Shown here piece after piece: positions 1 through 8,949 of a stretch of DNA of 35,130 nucleotides (its first letter is position 1; each line of letters starts with the position of its first letter). Under the pieces are notes generated by a model. That model ran no database searches, had not been told where the DNA came from, and worked only from the letters and a program-made list of their open reading frames with translations. The translations under genes were made by a program, and so were the position numbers. The stretch covers positions 3,300 through 38,429 of the forward strand of contig CAZXTW010000002.1 of NCBI GenBank assembly GCA_964643525.1, in the 5' to 3' direction. The DNA is from an uncultured Roseivirgaceae bacterium. GTDB lineage: Bacteria; Bacteroidota; Bacteroidia; Cytophagales; Cyclobacteriaceae.

Positions 1-45
1 GCCAAAATGAGCATGGATGATGTGAAATACAGTGCCGTGTATTGA
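1..45 (+). CDS. 3' end of an upstream CDS (partial, product unknown)
   Basis: The frame is open from the window edge (...AKMSMDDVKYSAVY*). Its TGA (43-45) overlaps the next ATG (45-47) in a TGATG junction, the same coupling seen at 5473-5477. Confidence 0.3.
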   Translation, partial: AKMSMDDVKYSAVY

Positions 46-1112
46 TGCAGTTGTTAGAAAACATACAGATTCTTGACTTTAGCCGCCTGCTGCCAGGCCC
101 CCTGGCCACTGACCTGCTACAACAGCTGGGGGCCAGCATCCATAAGGTAGAGCACCCGGTAAAAGGTGACTACACTAAACTACAGCCCCCCATGGTAAAT
201 GGAGAAAGTACGCTGTACACCGCCCTGAACGGCAATAAGCAGGTAAGCAAAATAGATTTCCTAATGCCTGAAGGGCTACAGCAGGTCAAAGCTCTGATTG
301 CAGAAGCAGATGTGGTGCTTGAGCAGTTCCGTCCTGGCGTAATGGCCCAATGGGGCCTGGGCTATGAGGCTGCCAAAGCGGTAAAAGAAGATATTATTTA
401 CATCTCGCTTAGTGGCTACGGCCAAAACGGCCCCTACGCCCAGAAGGCGGGGCATGACCTGAACTACCTGGCCCTTTCTGGCATACTGGGCCTCACTACC
501 GATGCCACCGGCCGCCCTACCCTGCCGGGTGTGCAGGTGGCTGATATTGGCAGCGGGGCCTACATGACGGTTAACGCCTGCCTGGCGGGCCTGTACCACC
601 GCCAGCGCACTGGCAAAGGCAGCTACCACGATGTATCAATGTTTGACGGGCTTCTGCCCCTGCTTACTATACCTGCCACCATGCACTGGGGTGGGGTAAA
701 CCCCAGCGAAGCCCGCTTTTTATCGGGTGCCCTGGTTAACTACAATGTGTACCAAACGGCCGATAAACAATGGGTAGCCCTGGCAGCCTTAGAAATGAAG
801 TTCTGGAATAACTTTTGCCAGTTAACCGGCCACCCCCAATGGCAGCGGCAGCACCAGTTAGAACTGGCTGTAACGGTGTTTCCGTTCCAGGAAGTAGAAG
901 TCCTGTTTGCCAGCAAATCGTTAGCAGAGTGGCTGACCCTGGCACAGCAGGCAGATATATGCCTCTCACCAATAAAGCAAGCACAAGAGGTTATGGACGA
1001 CCCTCACGTGGCTGCCAGAGAAAACATTGTGTTTGCACCCAATACTGGTCCCGATAAGCCCAGGCAGCCACAACGTTTTTGCTACCCTGTAAAAATGACC
1101 TTAAACAACTAA
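45..1112 (+). CDS. Family III CoA-transferase (CaiB/BaiF / alpha-methylacyl-CoA racemase-like)
   Basis: ORF 42..1112; I prefer the ATG at 45 because 42 is TTG. It shows family hallmarks by eye: N-terminal 'ILDFSRLLPGP', 'GHDLNYLALSG', 'QVADIGSGAY'. It is the first complete gene of a co-directional acyl-CoA operon. Confidence 0.8.
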   Translation: MQLLENIQILDFSRLLPGPLATDLLQQLGASIHKVEHPVKGDYTKLQPPMVNGESTLYTALNGNKQVSKIDFLMPEGLQQVKALIAEADVVLEQFRPGVMAQWGLGYEAAKAVKEDIIYISLSGYGQNGPYAQKAGHDLNYLALSGILGLTTDATGRPTLPGVQVADIGSGAYMTVNACLAGLYHRQRTGKGSYHDVSMFDGLLPLLTIPATMHWGGVNPSEARFLSGALVNYNVYQTADKQWVALAALEMKFWNNFCQLTGHPQWQRQHQLELAVTVFPFQEVEVLFASKSLAEWLTLAQQADICLSPIKQAQEVMDDPHVAARENIVFAPNTGPDKPRQPQRFCYPVKMTLNN

Positions 1113-1118
1113 CCTCCT

Positions 1119-1889
1119 ATGTTTCAGAAAGACCTGTTTAAAGACAAAGTTGTATTGGTAACTGGCGGCCGCAGCGGCATTGGCTACACCATTGCCGAGC
1201 AGTTTTTGCAATGTGGTGCCAAGGTATGGATAGCCAGCCGCAAAGAAGAGCCCCTGAATGAAGCTGCTGAAAAGCTAAGGCAGCTGGGGCCCGTCAGTGC
1301 CAAAGCCTGCAACATACGCGAAATTGAGGCCGTTGAAGCCCTGGCTGCGGCAGTTAAAGAAGAAGATGGCCGCCTGGATGTGCTCATTAATAATGCCGGT
1401 GGGCAGTTTCCGTCACGCGCGCAAGACATTAGCCTGAAAGGCTGGGAGGCAGTAATTAACAACAACCTGAATGGCACCTGGTACATGACCCAAACCTTTG
1501 GTAAGGAATTCTTTATACCACAAAAAGCAGGTAATGTGGTGAATATTATTGTCAACCTGTTCAGGGGGTTTCCAGGTATGGCACACACCGGGGCAGCCAG
1601 GGCCGGTATTGAAAACTTTACCAAATCATTGGCGGTAGAGTGGAGCCCCTATAATATCAGGCTCAACAACATTGCGCCGGGCATCATCCACTCTAGCGGC
1701 CTTGACCAGTACCCGCCTGAGCTACTCAAGGGCCTGAGCGACAACATACCCATGAAGCGGCTGGGCACTACCGCAGAGGTAGGCTGGCTGGCCCTGTTTC
1801 TGGCCAGTCCAATGGCGGGCTTCATCACGGGCGAATCTATTTATGTAGATGGCGGCCAGCGCCTGCATGGTGATACCTACAAATTATAA
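1119..1889 (+). CDS. Short-chain dehydrogenase/reductase, 2,4-dienoyl-CoA / trans-2-enoyl-CoA reductase (DECR/PECR)-like
   Basis: It has the Rossmann motif 'VTGGRSGIG' and 'NNAGG'. The active-site region 'MAHTGAARAGIENFTKSLAVEW' lacks the classical YxxxK, as in the DECR/PECR subgroup. It starts 7 nt after the upstream stop. Confidence 0.75.
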   Translation: MFQKDLFKDKVVLVTGGRSGIGYTIAEQFLQCGAKVWIASRKEEPLNEAAEKLRQLGPVSAKACNIREIEAVEALAAAVKEEDGRLDVLINNAGGQFPSRAQDISLKGWEAVINNNLNGTWYMTQTFGKEFFIPQKAGNVVNIIVNLFRGFPGMAHTGAARAGIENFTKSLAVEWSPYNIRLNNIAPGIIHSSGLDQYPPELLKGLSDNIPMKRLGTTAEVGWLALFLASPMAGFITGESIYVDGGQRLHGDTYKL

Positions 1890-1909
1890 CCCATAACCAA
1901 CGCATTGCC

Positions 1910-3748
1910 ATGGCAACAACCACAGCACCAGCCACAGAAAACGCTAGCAGCCAGCCCCAAAGCCACCCTAAGGGCGGTAACTTTTTGCTACAGGCCACCC
2001 CACCCAGTGCAGTGTTTACCATAGAAGAGCTTACTGAAGAACAGCGCCTGCTGCGCAACAGCGTGAATGACTTTATTGCCAAAGAAATTGAGCCCCGGTA
2101 TAAAGAAATTAACAGCCCGGCGGCCCATGCCCTATCACCAGGCCTGCTCGAAAAGGCCGGTGAGTTGGGCTTTCTTGCCGTAGGGGTGCCAGAGGCCTAT
2201 GGAGGGTATGACGTTGATTTTACCACACAGGTGGCCTTTGGCGAAAAGGCCTACTCGGCCTACCATTTTGGGCTAACCATAGGCGTGCAAACCAGCCTGG
2301 GGGTAGCCCCGCTGTTGTTTTATGGCAATGAGGCACAAAAAGCCAAGTACCTGCCTGCCATTGTTACAGCGCAGCTCAAGTCATGCTACTGCCTCACTGA
2401 ACCTGGGGCAGGCTCTGATGCCAACGCAGGCAAAACCAGGGCTACCCTGAATACGGCCGGCACCCACTACCTGCTAAACGGCCAGAAGATGTGGATTACC
2501 AACTCGGGCTTTGCCGATTTGTTTTTTGTGTTTGCCAAGGTTGATGATGACCCTAACCTTTCGTGCCTGATTGTTGAAAAAACCTTTGGAGGCATTACCG
2601 TAGGGGCTGAAGAGCATAAAATGGGTATTAACGGGTCAAGCACCCGGCAGGTGTTTTTTAATGATGTGCCTGTACCGGTAGGCAACCTGCTGGGTACTCG
2701 CAACAAAGGCTTTAAAATGGCTGTGAATGTGCTCAACACCGGCCGCATAAAAATGGGCGCATCAGTCACTTCAGTGGCCCGTAAGGTACTGAAACTGGCC
2801 ATTGACTACAGCAGCCAGCGCAAGCAGTTTGGCCAACCCATAGCTGCCTTTGGTGCCATGCAGCACAAGTTGGGCCATATGGCTGCCCGCCTGTATGCCA
2901 TGGAAAGCATGGTGTACCGCGCCGCCCATGATATTGATACGGTAAGCCACCAAATGATAGCACAGGGCAAAAACAGCCTGGAAGCCAAACCCGCCTCTAT
3001 TGCTGAGTTTGCCATTGAGTGCGCCATGATTAAGGTATACAATACCGAAGGGCTGGATATGATTGTAGATGAAACCCTGCAAATACACGGCGGCATGGGC
3101 TACAGCAAAGACACACGCATAGAGCAGTATTACCGCGACAGCCGCATTAACAGAATTTACGAGGGCACCAATGAGATCAACCGTATGCTGGCCGTTGACA
3201 TGCTGCTGCGCAAGGCCATGAAGGGCCAGCTAGACCTGATGGCCGCTGCCGCTGAGGTGAACCAGCAGGCCCAGGCAGGCACCCTGCATCACCCTGTAGA
3301 AGCTTCTAATGCCTCTGGCCCCTATGAACATGCCCATGCTGCCCTGGCAGGCTTTAAAAAGGCATGGTTACTTATTGCTGGCACGGTAGCGCAAAAGCTA
3401 CTACCCAACCTGAAAGACGAGCAGGAAGTACTGATGCATATGGCAGATATGGCCCTACAGATCTATGCCGTTGAATCGGCCACCCTACGCAGCCATAAGC
3501 ACCACCAGCCCGATGAGCGGCTTAGCAGCCTTCGCCAACAAATGGTAGTGCTGCTGTCGCATGAAGCCGCTACCAAACTTGTTGCCGCTGGCAAAGAGGT
3601 AGCTTATGTAGTGGCCGAAGGTCAGGCGGCAGAAAGCCTGATACAACAACTGCAACTGCTCACACACCTGCCCCCCTATAACCTGAAAAATGCCCGCCGT
3701 ACGTTGGCCCAGGCATTAACAGAAAAGGGGCAATACTTTTTTGATTAA
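1910..3748 (+). CDS. Acyl-CoA dehydrogenase, long form with C-terminal extension (VLCAD/FadE-like)
   Basis: 612 aa with ACAD motifs 'CLTEPGAGSDA', 'IHGGMGY', 'IYEGTNEINR', plus a C-terminal helical extension of about 170 aa. Confidence 0.85.
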   Translation: MATTTAPATENASSQPQSHPKGGNFLLQATPPSAVFTIEELTEEQRLLRNSVNDFIAKEIEPRYKEINSPAAHALSPGLLEKAGELGFLAVGVPEAYGGYDVDFTTQVAFGEKAYSAYHFGLTIGVQTSLGVAPLLFYGNEAQKAKYLPAIVTAQLKSCYCLTEPGAGSDANAGKTRATLNTAGTHYLLNGQKMWITNSGFADLFFVFAKVDDDPNLSCLIVEKTFGGITVGAEEHKMGINGSSTRQVFFNDVPVPVGNLLGTRNKGFKMAVNVLNTGRIKMGASVTSVARKVLKLAIDYSSQRKQFGQPIAAFGAMQHKLGHMAARLYAMESMVYRAAHDIDTVSHQMIAQGKNSLEAKPASIAEFAIECAMIKVYNTEGLDMIVDETLQIHGGMGYSKDTRIEQYYRDSRINRIYEGTNEINRMLAVDMLLRKAMKGQLDLMAAAAEVNQQAQAGTLHHPVEASNASGPYEHAHAALAGFKKAWLLIAGTVAQKLLPNLKDEQEVLMHMADMALQIYAVESATLRSHKHHQPDERLSSLRQQMVVLLSHEAATKLVAAGKEVAYVVAEGQAAESLIQQLQLLTHLPPYNLKNARRTLAQALTEKGQYFFD

Positions 3749-3750
3749 CC

Positions 3751-5475
3751 ATGGAGCCTACACAAACTTCTACAAACAGCCAAATGCCCCAGGTAAAATC
3801 ATTCTTAGAGTACTTTTACCATTGGGAGCAAACCACCCCGCAGGCCATTTACCTGCGGCAGCCCAAAGGCAGCACTTGGACTGACTACAGCTGGGCTGAA
3901 GTGGGCCAAATAGCCCGTACCATGGCCAGCGCCTTACAGCAAATGGGGCTGCCCCCTGGCAGCCATATTGGCATTGTATCAAAAAACTGCTGCCATTGGG
4001 TTATGGCCGACTTGGCCATTATGCTGGGTGGGTATGTTTCAGTACCCTTCTACCCCAACCTTACCGGCCCCCAGCTGGCTCAGGTTATTGATCATAGCGA
4101 CATTAAGGTGCTGTTTGTGGGTAAGCTTGAAAACTGGACAGATATGCGTGAGGGCGTGCCTGATGGCCTCGACATTATTCGTTTCCCACATTATGAAGGC
4201 AACAGTCAGGTTGCCGAAGGGAAGGACTGGAACGAGCTGCTGCAAAGCCGCCAGCCGCTGGCAGGCAACCCACTACCAGACCTGCACCAGTTATGGACCA
4301 TCTTGTATACCTCTGGCACTACGGGCACACCCAAGGGTGTAATGCACAGCTTCTATACCGCCTCGGCCTTATTAGAAAATGAACGACAGCACAATAACTT
4401 AAAACTGTTTGAAGGCGAGCATAACCGCTTTTTTTCTTACCTGCCCATGAACCATATTGCTGAGCGTGTTATTGTTGAAATCGCCAGCTTTTTTACGGGT
4501 GCCTCTATCTCATTTGGTGAAAATATAGACACTTTTGCCAGCAACCTGCAAGCCACCCAGCCCACCCTGTTTTTAGCAGTACCACGCATATGGACCAAGT
4601 TTCAAATGGCCATACTTGACCGGCTGCCGCAAAAACGCCTGAGCCTACTGCTCAAGTTACCCTTACTGTCGGGCCTGCTGAAACGAAAAATTGCCAAAGG
4701 CCTTGGGCTGAGCAAAGCCCGTATATTGCTTACCGGTGCCGCCCCTACCCCCCAGTCATTATCAGCATGGTATACCAGCCTTGGCTTGCAGTTACAAGAG
4801 GTATACGGTATGACCGAAAATTGTGGCGGCTGCACCCTGATGCGCAAAGAAAGCATCAGAACCGGCACGGTAGGGCAGCCCGTACCCAATTGTACTATTA
4901 GAATTGACCCCGAGACCCAAGAGGTGCAAACTCAAGCCCCATGGACTATGCTGGGGTATTACAAAGATCCTGATAAAACCGAACAGGTATTGAAAGACGG
5001 CTGGCTGCATTCAGCAGACCTAGGCGCGCTTGATGCCAACGGATTTTTAAAGATAACTGGCAGGCTAAATGACGTTTTTAAAACTGCCAAAGGCAAGTAC
5101 GTAGTACCCGGCCCCATTGAATGGGAGCTGGCTAAAAACACAGCACTTGAACAAATTTGTGTGGTAGGCCTGGGCATTGGTCAGCCCCTGGCTCTTGTGG
5201 TGCTATCAGAAGTAGGTAAAAGCCTGCCTGAAGCAGTGCTTAACAACACCCTACAGGCCACACTAACTACGGTAAACAACCAGTTGGCGCGCTTTCAAAA
5301 GGTAGCAGCCATTATTGTTGTGGCCGACCGTTGGGAGGTTGACACTGGTATATTAACCCCTACTATGAAGGTAAAACGCAATGTAATAGACCAACGCTAC
5401 AGCCATTTGTATACCAGCTGGTTTAATGCAGAGCAGCCAATAATTTATGCTGAACCACTAGCCAAACAGCCCTGA
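3751..5475 (+). CDS. AMP-dependent acyl-CoA synthetase (long-chain-fatty-acid--CoA ligase-like)
   Basis: AMP-binding signature 'ILYTSGTTGTPKGV', 'YGMTE', and C-terminal 'TPTMKVKR'. It starts 3 nt after the upstream stop. Confidence 0.85.
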   Translation: MEPTQTSTNSQMPQVKSFLEYFYHWEQTTPQAIYLRQPKGSTWTDYSWAEVGQIARTMASALQQMGLPPGSHIGIVSKNCCHWVMADLAIMLGGYVSVPFYPNLTGPQLAQVIDHSDIKVLFVGKLENWTDMREGVPDGLDIIRFPHYEGNSQVAEGKDWNELLQSRQPLAGNPLPDLHQLWTILYTSGTTGTPKGVMHSFYTASALLENERQHNNLKLFEGEHNRFFSYLPMNHIAERVIVEIASFFTGASISFGENIDTFASNLQATQPTLFLAVPRIWTKFQMAILDRLPQKRLSLLLKLPLLSGLLKRKIAKGLGLSKARILLTGAAPTPQSLSAWYTSLGLQLQEVYGMTENCGGCTLMRKESIRTGTVGQPVPNCTIRIDPETQEVQTQAPWTMLGYYKDPDKTEQVLKDGWLHSADLGALDANGFLKITGRLNDVFKTAKGKYVVPGPIEWELAKNTALEQICVVGLGIGQPLALVVLSEVGKSLPEAVLNNTLQATLTTVNNQLARFQKVAAIIVVADRWEVDTGILTPTMKVKRNVIDQRYSHLYTSWFNAEQPIIYAEPLAKQP

Positions 5476-6659
5476 TGCATATGAGTGATTATTACTTTAC
5501 TGAACAACATCAAACCTTTAGGCAAAGCTTGCGCAGCTTTTTGCAAAAAGAGGTAATACCCCACATAGATCAATGGGAAGCTGATGGTGAACTGCCTCGC
5601 TCAATCTGGAAGCAGTTTGGTGATATGGGCTGCTTTGGCCTGAACTACCCTGAGGCTTACGGTGGGCTGGGTTTAGACTTTTTTTATGTGACCGTTATGC
5701 TTGAAGAGCTGTGCCGCTGTAACTCAGGGGGTTTTGCTGCTTCTATTATGGCGCACCCCTTATTGGCTCTGGCCCATATCAATGCCAGCGGCAGCGAGGC
5801 ACTAAAACAAAAGTACCTGACACGCGGTATTGCTGGCGACTTGTTTGGCTGCCTGGCCGTGACCGAGCCCGGCGGTGGTTCTGATGTGGCCGCCATACAA
5901 ACTAAAGCCATTCAAACAAGCCAAAACTACATCGTGAATGGGTCAAAAACATTTATTACCAATGGTGTGCTGAGTGATTTTCTGGTGGTGGCCGTCCGCA
6001 CTGATCCGAATAGTACCGGGGCAGCAGGGCTTAGCCTGTTGGTGATAGACCGCGACAGCCCCGGACTCACGGCCACTAAACTTAAAAAGCTGGGTTGGCA
6101 TGCCTCAGACACAGGTGAGATTAGCTTAGATCATGTAGAAGTACCTACCACTAACCTACTTGGCGAAGTTGGGATGGGCTTTTACTACATCATGCAACGT
6201 TTTGCTCTTGAGCGGCTGGTCATGGCAGTATCGGCCATAGGCAGCTGCGAGTACGCCCTGGAGTACGCCCTTGACTACATGGGGCAAAGACCCGCCTTTG
6301 GTAGGCCATTAACACGCTTTCAAGAATTGCGCCACCGCATAGCTCAACTTACTACTGAAGTTGAGCGTGCCCGCTATTTTAACTACCATTTATGTGCCCT
6401 GTACCAACAAGGCACTAAAATTACAGAACAGGCAGCCATGGCCAAGCTCATGGCCACTGAGCTTGCCGATACCGTAACCTATCAATGCATTCAGTTTTTG
6501 GGTGGCTATGGGTATATGGAAGAATACCAGGCCGCGCGCATGTGGCGAGATGCCCGCATAGGCACCATTGGTGGTGGCTCATCTGAAATTATGAAAGAAA
6601 TCATTGCAAAAACAACAATAGACCGGGCGGTATACCGTGCACCGGTTACCACTGATTAA
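5475..6659 (+). CDS. Acyl-CoA dehydrogenase (LCAD/IVD-like)
   Basis: Motifs 'AVTEPGGGSDVAA', 'FLGGYGYMEEY' and 'IGGGSSEIM', with a candidate helix-G catalytic Glu in 'FALERL'. Its start overlaps the upstream stop (TGATG). Confidence 0.85.
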   Translation: MHMSDYYFTEQHQTFRQSLRSFLQKEVIPHIDQWEADGELPRSIWKQFGDMGCFGLNYPEAYGGLGLDFFYVTVMLEELCRCNSGGFAASIMAHPLLALAHINASGSEALKQKYLTRGIAGDLFGCLAVTEPGGGSDVAAIQTKAIQTSQNYIVNGSKTFITNGVLSDFLVVAVRTDPNSTGAAGLSLLVIDRDSPGLTATKLKKLGWHASDTGEISLDHVEVPTTNLLGEVGMGFYYIMQRFALERLVMAVSAIGSCEYALEYALDYMGQRPAFGRPLTRFQELRHRIAQLTTEVERARYFNYHLCALYQQGTKITEQAAMAKLMATELADTVTYQCIQFLGGYGYMEEYQAARMWRDARIGTIGGGSSEIMKEIIAKTTIDRAVYRAPVTTD

Positions 6660-6663
6660 CACT

Positions 6664-8223
6664 ATGCAAAACACTATTTATAGCAACTATTTTACTGAAG
6701 AGCATAATCTGTTTAGGCAAGGGCTGCGTGACTTTCTGGACAAAGAAGTGACACCCAATATTGACCAATGGGAGGCTGACGAGCGCATACCCAAAAACCT
6801 TTGGGCTAAATTTGGCAGCCTGGGTTACCTGGGCTTGAATTATCCTGAACAGTATGGCGGTGCCAATGCAGATTTTTTCTTTAGCGTTGTATTTCTTGAA
6901 GAAACTGCCCGGTGCTTTTCTGGCGGGTTTTCTATCACGCCCAGCGTGCAGCAATACATGGCCTCGCCATACCTGTATAAATACGGATCTGACTTCCTGA
7001 AAGAAAAATACCTGACAGGTGCCATTAGTGGTGAAAAGATATGCTCAATTGCCATATCTGAGCCTGGAGCAGGCTCTGACGCAGCCAACATCCAAACCAG
7101 GGCCATCCGCGATGGAGATCATTATGTTGTGAATGGTTCAAAAACATTCATAACCAATGGCTATTATGGTGATTTTTTAATTACTGTAGTAAAAACCAAC
7201 CCTGAGGCCGGTTCGGCCGGGGTGAGCCTGTTGGTAATTGACCGCAATGCAGAAGGCGTTAGTGCCAGAAAGCTTAAAAAGTTAGGGTGGCATGCCTCTG
7301 ACACGGCCGAACTCAATTTTGACGATGTAAAAGTACCCGTTGAAAACTTAATAGGTGAAGAGGGTAACGGCTTTTACTACTTAATGGGAGGTTTACAAAC
7401 CGAAAGACTAGCCGGGGCCATTAGCGCAGTTGCAGCTGCTGACCACGCCCTACAGTATGCCCTGCAGTATATGGCCGAGCGGCAAGCCTTTGGCAGGCCT
7501 ATTAATAAGTTTCAGGTACTGAGGCACAGGGTAGCTCAATTGGCGGCCGAGATTGAGTCAACACGTGCTTTTGTGTATCATTGCGCCAGGCTGCATAACG
7601 ACAATCAGTATGCGGTAAAAGAATGCTCAATGGCCAAGCTGCTGGCTACTGAGCTATCAGATAAAACCATGTATCAGTGCCTGCAGTTCTTTGGTGGATA
7701 TGGGTATATGGAAGAGTACAAAATAGCACGGATGTTTAGAGACAGCCGCGTTGGTACAATAGGCGGTGGCAGCTCGGAGATTATGCGAGAAATCATTGCC
7801 AAAATGGTCATTGATGATCAGAACTATCAACAAGCTGGCCCTAAAAAAGCCAGTAGGCATACAAATGGGCAACAACCAGAATTAACTGACGAAGTACCAT
7901 CAAAACCGATTAAATACAATAATCTCATGAGTTTAGAAGCAACCACTGAAGCCCTCAAAAAAAGGGCTGATGAAGCAGCCCCTTTAAACAACACCATAAA
8001 GTTTGTTATGGGTGAAGGGGTAATCATTATTGACGGAAACAATGGAAGCAACCAAGTAAGCAATGATGAGCTTGAAGCAGACTGTACCGTAAACCTTGAA
8101 AAAGCTGACTTAGATGCCATGCTAAGTGGTGAACTTGCCCCGATGAATGCATTCATGGCTGGTAAGTTAAAAGTTAGTGGTGACATGAGCGTTGCCATGA
8201 AACTACAAAGCATTGTGGGCTAG
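6664..8223 (+). CDS. Acyl-CoA dehydrogenase fused to a C-terminal SCP2 sterol/lipid-carrier domain
   Basis: The track ORF is 6637..8223. I prefer the ATG at 6664 (MQNTIYSNYF...), which aligns with the start of the upstream paralog and avoids a 23-nt overlap. The ACAD core has 'AISEPGAGSDAAN', 'FFGGYGYMEEY', 'IGGGSSEIM'. After a low-complexity linker, the last ~100 aa ('...IKFVMGEGVIIIDG...LDAMLSGELAPMNAFMAGKLKVSGDMSVAMKLQ') read as SCP2. Confidence 0.8.
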   Translation: MQNTIYSNYFTEEHNLFRQGLRDFLDKEVTPNIDQWEADERIPKNLWAKFGSLGYLGLNYPEQYGGANADFFFSVVFLEETARCFSGGFSITPSVQQYMASPYLYKYGSDFLKEKYLTGAISGEKICSIAISEPGAGSDAANIQTRAIRDGDHYVVNGSKTFITNGYYGDFLITVVKTNPEAGSAGVSLLVIDRNAEGVSARKLKKLGWHASDTAELNFDDVKVPVENLIGEEGNGFYYLMGGLQTERLAGAISAVAAADHALQYALQYMAERQAFGRPINKFQVLRHRVAQLAAEIESTRAFVYHCARLHNDNQYAVKECSMAKLLATELSDKTMYQCLQFFGGYGYMEEYKIARMFRDSRVGTIGGGSSEIMREIIAKMVIDDQNYQQAGPKKASRHTNGQQPELTDEVPSKPIKYNNLMSLEATTEALKKRADEAAPLNNTIKFVMGEGVIIIDGNNGSNQVSNDELEADCTVNLEKADLDAMLSGELAPMNAFMAGKLKVSGDMSVAMKLQSIVG

Positions 8224-8258
8224 ACTAAGGTAAATACCCCATTTGGCACTCAAAAAAA

Positions 8259-8285
8259 GCCACTGGAAACCCAGTGGCTTTTTTT
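8259..8285 (+). terminator. Rho-independent terminator of the acyl-CoA operon (A-tract upstream makes it potentially bidirectional)
   Basis: A perfect 8-bp stem GCCACTGG (8259-8266) / CCAGTGGC (8271-8278) with loop AAAC, followed by T7 and preceded by A7. Confidence 0.8.
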
Positions 8286-8949
8286 AATATCTAGCTATTG
8301 GCACTCATGCCCAAGATCACTTAGCCTAATAGTAAAGCAAAGCCTTACTTTTGAATACAAACCACCGAAATAACAGGTTTATAAATGCATAAAATCGAAG
8401 CATCAGAGCGTACCGCACTTGTTTAGATATAATTTATTCTATTTTTTTCTTGAGCCAATTTTTGTTCACTTCTCAGAATAAAAGCTCACCAGCCTATTTC
8501 ACCTTTATTTAAGATCTTATTTCATAGCATAAAAAATTGTCATATGTAATTATATTATTACATTGCGTAATATTAACATACACATGTTATTACTTATAAG
8601 TGACATCTTACTAAAGTAAAGCACTACACCATTCATTTATGAGGTAAGAATTAAGAGGAATAAAATTGAGGCTCTGCAAACAGAAACTGTAGTGTTTAGC
8701 CATTTGCATATCCTGTAGTTTTAGCACTTGCTCAACTCACCACAAAATATATGCATATAATTCAAACAATAATTGCAAACCTAAATAACATATTCATAAA
8801 TCAAATAACTAAACATTGCTCAATATTTAGCCGCTGGTATATATCCCATTAAACTTCAATAAAAGCCGTTTAAAGTCTATAACCATAACTAACCTAGTAT
8901 TATAAATTAATAATTCTCTATATCCATTTAAACGTAAACTTCAATTCTT
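8286..8949. other. ORF-free, strongly AT-rich intergenic spacer
   Basis: No track ORF lies on either strand. My own scan finds only ORFs of 33 aa or less. Hand counts give 19/60 G+C for 8401-8460 and 11/60 for 8521-8580. Confidence 0.7.

Noticed and set aside
276-629. Antisense or out-of-frame track ORFs inside well-supported genes (e.g. 276..629-, 1184..1624-, 14181..14750+, 24393..24824+, 26817..27431+, 27049..27498+, 33415..33867-)
   Set aside because: Each lies entirely within a longer ORF that has clear family motifs. Their translations are low-complexity (Ser/Ala/Pro/Arg-rich), which is typical of shadow frames, and none has independent start or terminator context.
6637-6663. Upstream extensions of several track ORFs (6637 for the ACAD-SCP2 gene, 29993 for tetR, 11180 for the PNPOx-like gene, 13622 and 23544 TTG starts, 42 TTG)
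   Set aside because: The extensions add residues with no homology to the paralog or family N-terminus. They overlap the upstream gene or operator, or use a non-ATG codon when an in-frame ATG lies just downstream.
8751-8852. 33-codon ORF (MHIIQTIIANLNNIFINQITKHCSIFSRWYISH) and a 32-codon minus-strand ORF (start at 8709) in the AT-rich spacer
   Set aside because: Their amino-acid composition (I/N/K/F) simply mirrors AT-rich DNA. There is no local G+C rise, unlike the 8950 ORF, and no leader or signal features.
8850-8945. 11-nt direct repeat TAAACTTCAAT at 8850-8860 and 8935-8945 upstream of the small peptide ORF (considered as LytTR-type direct-repeat binding sites)
   Set aside because: In about 0.66 kb of DNA at 25-30% G+C, one exact 11-mer repeat is roughly expected by chance by my rough estimate. 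The 85-bp spacing does not fit the ~21-bp LytTR repeat spacing.
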